Shown piece after piece: positions 8,502-15,942 of a DNA stretch of 64,000 bases; position 1 is the first letter of the stretch, and each line of letters opens with the position of its first letter. The stretch is from positions 27,136-91,135 of the forward strand of contig JAQBHB010000018.1 of NCBI GenBank assembly GCA_032128115.1, given 5' to 3'. A program made the position numbers and the translations under genes. A model generated the notes under the pieces. The model had not been told where the DNA came from, searched no databases, and worked only from the letters and a program-made list of their open reading frames with translations. Origin of the DNA: Deltaproteobacteria bacterium. Its GTDB lineage: Bacteria; Myxococcota_A; UBA9160; SMWR01.

Positions 8502-9101
8502 TTGGCTCCGAACCTTGCCTTTGCGTTCATGGACTGCGAGTTCGGAGGGCTCGATCCCGACTTGCACGACATCACCGAGATCGCGGTGATCGTGACCGAC
8601 TACCGGCTCGTCGAGCTCTCGCAGAAGGAGTGGAAGATCCGCGCCCGTGCGGACCGCATCTCGAAGGAGGCGGCGGCCATCAGCGGCTACACCACCGAGG
8701 CGTGGGAGGACGCGATCCCGATCCGCCAGGCCTTCGAAGAGCTGACGGCGCTCCTGCCCGGGGACAAAACCATCGTCCCCGCCGGCCAGAATGTCCGGAT
8801 GGATGTGCAATTCCTGGAGCGGGCCTTCAAGAGCTGCAAGATGGCCTACCCGTTCGATTACCACGTCATCGATCTGGTGACGCTCTTCTACACCTGGTCG
8901 TTGGTGAACGGGGAGCCTGTCGCAGCGCTGTCGCTGCGACAGGCGGCGGTGACGGCCGGCCTGATCAACGGGCCGATCCCGCACCGGGCCATGGCGGACG
9001 CTCGACTGACGCTGGATACGTTCCGCCATTTCGTGGGACGCCTGGCGCCCCGCGATCCGGAGGAGGCTGCGGTTCGAGTCGCGCTCCCGCCTGGGAATTG
9101 A
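8502..9101 (+). CDS. DEDDh 3'-5' exonuclease (DnaQ/oligoribonuclease-like)
   Basis: ExoI FMDCEFGGLD, ExoII GQNVRMDVQFL, ExoIII HRAMADA. TTG start after a GGAGA RBS. Confidence 0.88.
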   Translation: MAPNLAFAFMDCEFGGLDPDLHDITEIAVIVTDYRLVELSQKEWKIRARADRISKEAAAISGYTTEAWEDAIPIRQAFEELTALLPGDKTIVPAGQNVRMDVQFLERAFKSCKMAYPFDYHVIDLVTLFYTWSLVNGEPVAALSLRQAAVTAGLINGPIPHRAMADARLTLDTFRHFVGRLAPRDPEEAAVRVALPPGN

Positions 9102-9147
9102 TGCGGATTCCGCGGCGAGAATGTTCCGGGGGAGAGGAGACCGGGAG

Positions 9148-9339
9148 TCAGCTGCGCGGACCGCGCCGGCTGGCCCCCGATTGCGCCTGAACCATCTCCC
9201 AGAGACGCCGGCGAAGCTTCTCCTTGAACTCCGGATCCGCACGCACTTCCACCAGATCGGCTTCGAGGAATTCGCGCAATTCGTCCATGGTGAAGTTGTC
9301 CATGGCGATCTGGTCGTCCTTGGTGCCCATGCCTGACAT
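9148..9339 (-). CDS. Small soluble hypothetical protein (63 aa), possible ECF partner/anti-sigma
   Basis: MSGMGTKDDQIAMDNFTMDELREFLEADLVEVRADPEFKEKLRRRLWEMV. Helical, with typical codon usage, directly downstream of the ECF pair. Confidence 0.6.
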   Translation of the reverse strand: MSGMGTKDDQIAMDNFTMDELREFLEADLVEVRADPEFKEKLRRRLWEMVQAQSGASRRGPRS

Positions 9340-9392
9340 CGATCCCCCCCGCTCGTCTCTGGCTCTCACTCGCTTCGCGTTTCTCACGCCGA

Positions 9393-10004
9393 TCACGCGT
9401 TGATGCTTGCACTCGGATCGATGGCCTCGATCACGAGCCGCTTCATGCGGTAGAGACTCGATCGCACCGCGTCGTTGGACCGCGAGGTCCGGCGCGCAAT
9501 CTCCTCGATCGGCAGATTCTCCATGTGGCGCATCACGAAGACTTCGGCGTGCCAGTCTGCCACCTTGCCCAGGCGCTCCTGGACGGCCTCAGCGCAGCGC
9601 CGGAGGTTCAGGTGCTCCTCCGGTGTGCAGGCGTCCAGGGACGCGGCCGATCGCTGCAGGGACTGCTCGGCCCGCTCGATTCGCAGATCGTGGGACTTCG
9701 CGCGCCGCAGGTGATTGTTCACCGTATTCTTCGCGATCCCGTAGATCCACGAAAGCAGCGAGGATTGTCCCCGATAGGCTTCGATGGACCGGAAGACGGC
9801 GGTGAACGTCTCCTGGGCCACCTCTTCCGCATCCGCGTGATTCCGCAGCCGCATGTAGCCATAGCTGTAGACGCGCTGGAAGTAGCGGTCGTAGAGGACC
9901 CCGAAGTCGTCCTCGCTGGAGCGCCGGATTCCATCCAGCAACTCCTGGTCGGACCGGGTCCGGGACTCAGATTCAACGGAACAGCTTGTGTCCAACCGGG
10001 GCAA
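9393..10004 (-). CDS. ECF sigma-70 family factor (copy 2)
   Basis: Region 2 DAEEVAQETFTAVFRSIEAYRGQSSLLSWIYGIAKN; region 4 IEEIARRTSRSNDAVRSSLYRMKR. Confidence 0.9.
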   Translation of the reverse strand: MPRLDTSCSVESESRTRSDQELLDGIRRSSEDDFGVLYDRYFQRVYSYGYMRLRNHADAEEVAQETFTAVFRSIEAYRGQSSLLSWIYGIAKNTVNNHLRRAKSHDLRIERAEQSLQRSAASLDACTPEEHLNLRRCAEAVQERLGKVADWHAEVFVMRHMENLPIEEIARRTSRSNDAVRSSLYRMKRLVIEAIDPSASINA

Positions 10005-10138
10005 CGCGCGGTCTCCTCGCGTTACCCCTCCCCAGGATCAGGCTCGACGCCTGCGTACAGTATGTGGCCAATTCTTCCGCCTTGTGGCACGGATTGCGCG
10101 CCAAATAATGGAACGCTTCCCCCCACGGGGATCGACGG

Positions 10139-10720
10139 TCAGGACCCCAGCAGGTTGTCCAGCCCGGGGGCCCCAGAAGCGATCGCCCGCCGCATCCGAT
10201 AGAGGTTGGCCTTCACGGCATCCTCGGACTTGCCGAGTGCCGCGGCGATGGTCCGGATCGACTGTCGCCGCAGATGCTTCAGGTGAAAAATGCGCCTCTG
10301 GAGAGGCGTCAGATCGTTGTCGATCACCGACTCGCAGAGCTTCAGCATGCGCCGGGCGTCCACGGTGCGATCCGGAGCGGGGGCCTCGGACGCGGCGGCG
10401 TTGGCGCCGTCCGCATCGATGGATTCCATACGGGGCCGGGCCCGCCGGAAGCGGCGGTTCACGGTGTTGCGGGTGATCCCGAAGATCCACACCAACAGAC
10501 TCGAATTGCCCTGGAAGCTGTCGAGGCAGTTGAAGACGGTGAAGAATACCTCCTGGGTCACGTCCTCGGCCTCGCCGGGATCACCCAGGCGCTTCAGTGC
10601 AAAGCGGTAGACCCGTGGGAAGTAGGTCTCGTAGAGCAGCTCGAAGTGCTCGGCGCTTCCGCCCAGGATCTTCGCCAAAAGCTCTTGGTCGCTGGACCAG
10701 GCGTTGTCCGTGCAAGACAC
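10139..10720 (-). CDS. ECF sigma-70 family factor (copy 1)
   Basis: EAEDVTQEVFFTVFNCLDSFQGNSSLLVWIFGITRN; IRTIAAALGKSEDAVKANLYRMRR. GTG start after AGGAG. Confidence 0.9.
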   Translation of the reverse strand: MSCTDNAWSSDQELLAKILGGSAEHFELLYETYFPRVYRFALKRLGDPGEAEDVTQEVFFTVFNCLDSFQGNSSLLVWIFGITRNTVNRRFRRARPRMESIDADGANAAASEAPAPDRTVDARRMLKLCESVIDNDLTPLQRRIFHLKHLRRQSIRTIAAALGKSEDAVKANLYRMRRAIASGAPGLDNLLGS

Positions 10721-10870
10721 TCGCGCTCCTGACCGCCGTGCGGTCCGTGCGCGAGGGGAAGAGTCCCGGCGAGTGGCAGCGTCCCGGCGACCGCCCACGG
10801 GGCGGGCCACACGACCCTAGGGTCGCCGGGGGGTACGAGTTGTCCCGAACCTGAAACCAAGCGCCCCGAT

Positions 10871-10906
10871 CCAAGTGGATTGCCGAGGCCAAGTGGATTG
10901 TCGAGG
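10871..10906. repeat. 18-bp tandem duplication in the ECF leader
   Basis: CCAAGTGGATTGCCGAGG / CCAAGTGGATTGTCGAGG. Confidence 0.9.
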
Positions 10907-10989
10907 CTCGCTGCGACTTCCTGGCTCTCTTCTCCTCGCGAAAGGGTTGGCTTTCCAATAGTGGGGACTCGCGTCCCGCGTGGTCTGGG

Positions 10990-11005
10990 AGCAAGGGTCG
11001 TGCCA
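10990..11005 (-). promoter_or_regulatory. Sigma-54 promoter upstream of the ECF sigma pair
   Basis: The minus strand reads TGGCACGACCCTTGCT, a perfect TGGCACG-N4-TTGCW match. Confidence 0.88.
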
Positions 11006-11033
11006 GACCGAGCCGGATACACAGCTAAATAGG

Positions 11034-11123
11034 TAACTCCGTGATTATGTTGGTTTAAATCATGTTTTGGCAGTAGGAAAAACCCTGCCACCCTGCCCGC
11101 TCGCAGGTGAAAAGTTATTCCAC
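11034..11123. promoter_or_regulatory. AT-rich upstream region with an IHF-like site and palindromic candidate enhancer sites
   Basis: Minus-strand AATCACGGAGTTA (11034-11046) is one mismatch from WATCARNNNNTTR. Inverted repeats TGGCAG-N11-CTGCCA (11068-11090) and imperfect GTGAAAAGTTATTCCAC (11107-11123). Confidence 0.5.
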
Positions 11124-11169
11124 TTCTGAGCACTGCTGTTCACTCTTGGCTGGCGATCCAGGAGAGAGC

Positions 11170-11643
11170 CTAGAGTTTCCCGGGGGTGATCCACCACGAG
11201 CCCTCGCTGTGCTCCCAGCGATCGCGGCGGATCAATGAGACCTGGCCCGCGCGCAGGGGCCGGCGGTCGCCACCCCAGAAACGCACCTGGACCTGCGCCC
11301 GGTCCTCGGCCTCGAACAAGAACTCCTGGACCTCGAAGACGAGGGGCCGGCTCTTCTCGAAGTGGGTATCTGAGAGCGATTGGGCAAAGTCGGCGTAGTA
11401 GTCGAAGAACAGATCCGGCGTGCGGAAGTAGTCGCGCAGGACCGGGTCGTTGAAGGTGTCCAACGCGTTGAAGCGCCGCTGTATCAGGCGACGGTAGAAG
11501 GCCTCGACCCGGTGGTGGAACGCGAGCGCGTCGCCGGGCGGAACCGAGACAGACCCACCGACCGGCTCCGGGATGAAGCCTCCGGCGGCCGCACACGAGA
11601 TCGAAAACACGGACGCCGCGACCAGCACGGCACAGCGACTCAC
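11170..11643 (-). CDS. Hypothetical lipoprotein
   Basis: Signal peptide with lipobox-like SISC. GTGA overlap with the glyS stop. Confidence 0.7.
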   Translation of the reverse strand: MSRCAVLVAASVFSISCAAAGGFIPEPVGGSVSVPPGDALAFHHRVEAFYRRLIQRRFNALDTFNDPVLRDYFRTPDLFFDYYADFAQSLSDTHFEKSRPLVFEVQEFLFEAEDRAQVQVRFWGGDRRPLRAGQVSLIRRDRWEHSEGSWWITPGKL

Positions 11644-12986
11644 GAGGGAAATTCCAGCCGCGCGCTCAGATGTTCCGCCAGCGCTCCCATCGCGACCCGC
11701 TCCTGCTCCATCGAATCCCGCTCGCGGACGGTCACCTTCCCGTCTCCGTCCGATTCGAAATCATAGGTCAAGCAGAAGGGGGTCCCCGCTTCGTCTTGAC
11801 GCCGGTAGCGACGCCCGATGTTTCCGGCATCATCATAGAATACGTGGAAGCGCCGGCGCAGATCCCTCTCCAGGGCGTGCGCCGGGTCGGCCAGCTTCTT
11901 GGAGAGCGGAAGCACAGCTACCTGGATGGGAGCCAGCGCCGGAGGCAGGCGCAGGACCACGCGCTTCTCACCGTCGGCCAGCTCCTCCTCCGCGTAGGCA
12001 TGACACAGCAGGGCCAGGCAGGTGCGATCGATCCCTACCGAGGTCTCGACCACCATGGGGACGAAGCGCTCCTTCGTCTCCGGGTCGGTCACGGCCAGAT
12101 CCTTGCCCGAGTACTCGCTGTGTCGGGCCAGATCCCAGTCGCCGCGGTCGTGGATGCCCTCGATCTCGTGCCAGCCGAACGGGAAGCGGTACTCCAGGTC
12201 CACGGCCGTCTTGCAGTAGTGGGCAAGCTCGTCGGCGCCGTGGGGTCGCGTGCGCAGGTGCTCGTCGCCAAAACCCAGGTCGCGGTGGAAGCGGAGGCGC
12301 TCCGCGAGCCAGTGATCGAACCACTTCTGGCGCTGGGACGGATGGCAGAAGAACTCCATTTCCGCCTGCTCGAACTCCCGGGAGCGGAACGTGAAGTTGC
12401 GCGGGTTGATCTCGTTGCGGAAGGCCTTGCCGATCTGGGCGATCCCGAAGGGCAGCTTCTGGCGCGCGGTCTCCCGCACGCGCTTGAAGTCGTTGAAGAT
12501 GGGCTGACACGTCTCGGCCCGAAGGTACGCAATGGAGGCGGCGTCCTCCGAGGCCCCGATCCGGGTCTGCAGCATCAGGTTGAAGTTGCGCGGCTGCGTG
12601 AAGTCGTGCTCCGAGCTCCCCTGGCGCGAGGGACACGGCCCCGCGTCCTCCAGCTGGTCGGCGCGAAAGCGCCTCTTGCAAGCGCGGCAATCCACCATGG
12701 GATCGCTGAAATGCTCGACGTGGCCCGAGGCTTCCCAGGTGCGAGGGTGGGCGATGATGGCGGTGTCGATGCCCTCCACGTCGGCCCGCTCGCGCACCAC
12801 CCGCCGCCACCAGACATTCTTCAGGTTGTTCTTGAGCTCGACGCCCAGGGGCCCGTAGTCCCAGAAGCCGTTGATGCCCCCGTAGATCTCGCTGGAGGGA
12901 AAGATGAAGCCGCGGCTCGCACACAGGGAGACCAGGTCTTCCATGCGCGCAAGCGGCCGTCCCGGAACGGATCGATCGGATGCCAT
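11640..12986 (-). CDS. glyQS: Glycine--tRNA ligase (homodimeric alpha2 type)
   Basis: RGFIFPSSEIYGG, YLRAETCQ, PFGIAQIGKAFRNEI, FRSREFEQAEME, IGRRYRRQDEAGTP. Confidence 0.95.
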   Translation of the reverse strand: MASDRSVPGRPLARMEDLVSLCASRGFIFPSSEIYGGINGFWDYGPLGVELKNNLKNVWWRRVVRERADVEGIDTAIIAHPRTWEASGHVEHFSDPMVDCRACKRRFRADQLEDAGPCPSRQGSSEHDFTQPRNFNLMLQTRIGASEDAASIAYLRAETCQPIFNDFKRVRETARQKLPFGIAQIGKAFRNEINPRNFTFRSREFEQAEMEFFCHPSQRQKWFDHWLAERLRFHRDLGFGDEHLRTRPHGADELAHYCKTAVDLEYRFPFGWHEIEGIHDRGDWDLARHSEYSGKDLAVTDPETKERFVPMVVETSVGIDRTCLALLCHAYAEEELADGEKRVVLRLPPALAPIQVAVLPLSKKLADPAHALERDLRRRFHVFYDDAGNIGRRYRRQDEAGTPFCLTYDFESDGDGKVTVRERDSMEQERVAMGALAEHLSARLEFPS

Positions 12987-13048
12987 GAAGCCCGCGAGTA
13001 TATCGGCTTCCCGGCGCACCGGTGGACGGCGGGCCCGCCCTGTCCCAG

Positions 13049-13816
13049 TCACTCGCCGAGGATTTCGTCGAGGAATCGCTCGCTGCGCAGCTCCACACCC
13101 ACGTGGAAGCGCTGGAAGCGGCCGACCAGGCGGCGACCCTCGGCCAGCGCCTCAGGCCCCAGGACCAGGCGATCCAGATGCCGGAAGTCGAAGCGCAAGG
13201 CGCCCTCCAGGGCGCGCACGGTGCCGGCGTGGACGCGCACCAGCCCCTCCAGCCGGGAAGCGCAGGGACTGCACACGGTCCCCCCATCGGAAACGTGGAA
13301 ATCGATCTGGCGGGCGCTCCCCAGGCACTCGCCGCAGCGCACGCAGCGCGCCAGCTCGGGACGCAGGCCCAGGGCGTCCAGACATCGAAGCTCGAGGAAG
13401 GTACGAAGCCGGGCGTCGGGAATCTGGGTGGAGATGCCCCTCAGGGCCACCAACGCAAACGCGAACAGGCGGCGCATGTCGTTTCGAGCGCCGCCTTCGG
13501 GCGCCATGCGATCCAGCAGCTCCAGCAGGTAGCAGGCCAGCGCGAAGCGACGGGTCTCGCGGCGAAGCGGTGTGAACGACTCGATCAGGGTGGCCTGCTC
13601 CAGCCGCGCCATGGAGGTGCTGCGGCGTTGCTCGAACTGGATGCGCAGGTGGTTGAACAGGTCGAGGGTTCCCGGAAACCGCTTCACGCTCCGGCGCGCG
13701 CCCTTGGCGATGACGGTCAGTCGCCCCCGGTCGGGCACCAGCAGGTGCAGGATGCGATCCGATTCGCCGTAGTCGACGGAGCGGAGGATCAGAGCCTCGG
13801 TGCGGACGGCCACCAC
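13049..13816 (-). CDS. recO: DNA repair protein RecO
   Basis: ALILRSVDYGESDRI, AKGARRS, CVRCG...CSPC zinc finger. Confidence 0.93.
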   Translation of the reverse strand: MVAVRTEALILRSVDYGESDRILHLLVPDRGRLTVIAKGARRSVKRFPGTLDLFNHLRIQFEQRRSTSMARLEQATLIESFTPLRRETRRFALACYLLELLDRMAPEGGARNDMRRLFAFALVALRGISTQIPDARLRTFLELRCLDALGLRPELARCVRCGECLGSARQIDFHVSDGGTVCSPCASRLEGLVRVHAGTVRALEGALRFDFRHLDRLVLGPEALAEGRRLVGRFQRFHVGVELRSERFLDEILGE

Positions 13817-13825
13817 ACAGCCAGG

Positions 13826-14278
13826 TTAGCGGCTGCGGCGCGTCTCCCCGGCCTTGGGCTGGCGCGTCTCCGCCGCCAACGCCCGAACCGCATCCCGCCG
13901 GTACACCAGCGCGGGCCCAGCCTCGGGAACCGGCGGCGCTTTGGATTGGTCGGAAACGGCCCACCAGGCCCCGGCGGCGCTAACCACCAGCGCCACGCCC
14001 AGGGCCAGCAGCACAACCCGGCGCGAGCGCCAGCCCCGGCGCAGCCCGGCGGGGTCGTTGGCAGGCTCGGGAAGCAGACGGGCCACCGACTCGTCCGGGT
14101 CGAGGCCCAGGGCCTCGGCCACGGTTCGCACGAAGCCTCGCGAGAAGCCGTCCGGGTCGCGATCGAACGCACCCGCCTCCAGACGCTCAAGCGAGCGCTG
14201 CGGAATCCGGGTGAGGGTGGCCAGATGCTCCAACGAGATGCCGCGCAGGTGGCGCTGCTGCGCCAGGTACGCACCCAC
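13826..14278 (-). CDS. RodZ-like HTH membrane protein (short; start uncertain)
   Basis: VGAYLAQQRHLRGISLEHLATLTRIPQRSLERLEAG...FSRGFVRTVAEALGLD (HTH_25-like), one TM, very short C-terminus. Confidence 0.75.
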   Translation of the reverse strand: MGAYLAQQRHLRGISLEHLATLTRIPQRSLERLEAGAFDRDPDGFSRGFVRTVAEALGLDPDESVARLLPEPANDPAGLRRGWRSRRVVLLALGVALVVSAAGAWWAVSDQSKAPPVPEAGPALVYRRDAVRALAAETRQPKAGETRRSR

Positions 14279-14337
14279 TGAATCTTCGGCGGCGCGTCCT
14301 CTCCCCCCGATGACCTCGCCGACCGAGCGTGCTGCGT

Positions 14338-15159
14338 CTAGCGCAACAGCTTCAGGTACTCCTCGGACTTCTTCCCCCATGGATCCGTGGGCGCCTTTGC
14401 CACCGCGGTCACCAGGTGATCGATGGCCTGCTTGCGCTGGCCGGTCGACACGTAGATCTCCGCGAGTCGGTAATTCGCTTCGGCATTGGCGCTCGGACGC
14501 GGGTCCAGTGCCAGCACGGCCGCGAAGTTTTCGATGGCCTCGACCTGGTGCCCCTCCTCCTGCTCGAGGATGCCGAGATTCAGGAGCACCGGCCAGTACT
14601 TCGGATTGTAGTCCCGCCCCGTCTCCAGATCGCGTCGGGCCTCGGCGCGGCGATTCAAGCGGTAGTAGGCCCAGCCCTGAGTGGCCAGCGCCCGCCACGG
14701 CCCCGGGAAGGTAGGATCGTCCAGGAGCAGGGTGGTCTGGAAGATCGCCTCTTCGAAGCGCTCCTGGTGGATGTAGATGCTCGAGAGCATCAGCCGGGCA
14801 TCGTGATACTTGTCGTGGATCTCAAGCACCCGATTCAGGTGCAACTCCGCGTCTGCCAGCTTCCCCAGGCGCAAGAAGGCCTCGGCCAGGGCGTGGTGGA
14901 TCCGCGCGTTCTTCGGGTCCAGCACCTCCCCGGCCATCAGCTCGCGCAGAGCCAGAGCCGTCCGACCGCCGTGCAGATGGTCCACCCCAAGCTCGAAATG
15001 GGCGCGCGCCTTGCGCAGCTCGAGGTCGTCCCGAGCCCTGGAGGCCGGCGTGGCGCAGCCCAGGGAGGCCCCTCCCAACGCCAGCAACCCCACCGCGATT
15101 CCCATCGCCCTGCTCCATCGAAACTTGTTCATCATGAGCCATCGAAACTTGTTCATCAT
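14338..15159 (-). CDS. TPR lipoprotein, Tgl/PilF-type secretin pilotin
   Basis: Lipobox SLGC and multiple TPRs (...DPTFPGPWRALATQGWAYY...). Lies upstream of the RodZ-like gene. Confidence 0.75.
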   Translation of the reverse strand: MMNKFRWLMMNKFRWSRAMGIAVGLLALGGASLGCATPASRARDDLELRKARAHFELGVDHLHGGRTALALRELMAGEVLDPKNARIHHALAEAFLRLGKLADAELHLNRVLEIHDKYHDARLMLSSIYIHQERFEEAIFQTTLLLDDPTFPGPWRALATQGWAYYRLNRRAEARRDLETGRDYNPKYWPVLLNLGILEQEEGHQVEAIENFAAVLALDPRPSANAEANYRLAEIYVSTGQRKQAIDHLVTAVAKAPTDPWGKKSEEYLKLLR

Positions 15160-15162
15160 GAG
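15115..15162. repeat. Perfect 24-bp tandem duplication over the pilotin start
   Basis: CCATCGAAACTTGTTCATCATGAG x2, giving MMNKFRWLMMNKFRW. Confidence 0.95.
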
Positions 15163-15208
15163 CTTCCCCCGCAGCCGGCCATGAGCGCCGGATTCCAGAA
15201 CCCCTCGA

Positions 15209-15751
15209 TCAGACCCGCCGCGCCGCGCGCAACTCGGGCGCCATCCAGTCCAGATCGCCAGCAGCGCCGCCAACGGCGCCTCGGTCTTCGCCGCCCGGAG
15301 CGCGCCGGAACTTCGTCAACGCAACGTCCCGCGAGACGGCCGGCGCCGCCGCCAGGATCGGGGACGCCGCATCGGGGATCGATGCGGTGCACAGCCGTTG
15401 CACGCCGCGCCCCAGCCAGTCGTCCCAGAGCCGGGCCGCGGCTGCTGCCTCCTCGGCCTCGGTTTCGTCGAACAGGAAACCCATGGAGCCCGCGAAGGAG
15501 ATGGCGGCATCCAGCGCCGCGGCACAGACCCCCGGCTCCGCCTCGAAGAAAAACACCTCACCGGTGGGAATCGAACGCACCGCCACCACCAGCCACGCCG
15601 GCCGATCGGCCGCCACGAGCGCCGCGATCGCCGCACGGGCCGGAGCCATGGGCAGGTCGCCGATTGCCACCACCGGCGCGTTCAGAGCCGCGTGAAGGGC
15701 GCGCAGGCTCGTCGCAGCCGGGTCGGGCGCAGGCGCGAGAGAGAAGAACAT
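15209..15751 (-). CDS. Hypothetical protein resembling the conserved gene upstream of myxobacterial tgl
   Basis: ALHAALNAPVVAI...AISFAGSMGFLFD resembles, from memory, the tgl-operon upstream protein. Its position agrees. Confidence 0.55.
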   Translation of the reverse strand: MFFSLAPAPDPAATSLRALHAALNAPVVAIGDLPMAPARAAIAALVAADRPAWLVVAVRSIPTGEVFFFEAEPGVCAAALDAAISFAGSMGFLFDETEAEEAAAAARLWDDWLGRGVQRLCTASIPDAASPILAAAPAVSRDVALTKFRRAPGGEDRGAVGGAAGDLDWMAPELRAARRV

Positions 15752-15942
15752 TGCCGGCGTATCGGAACCCACGGCTGCGGCCTTGAGGCTCACCGGGGCG
15801 CAGTCGGAGCCAGGAACGGCCCGCCGCTCAGTGGCTTTCCAGCGCGACGCGGGGCCGCGCGGGCCTTTCGCCGCGCAGAGTGCCCGATACACTCCGCAAG
15901 AGGCGTCTGCGCCGCCTGCGGAACGCCTGCGGAAGGATGTCG

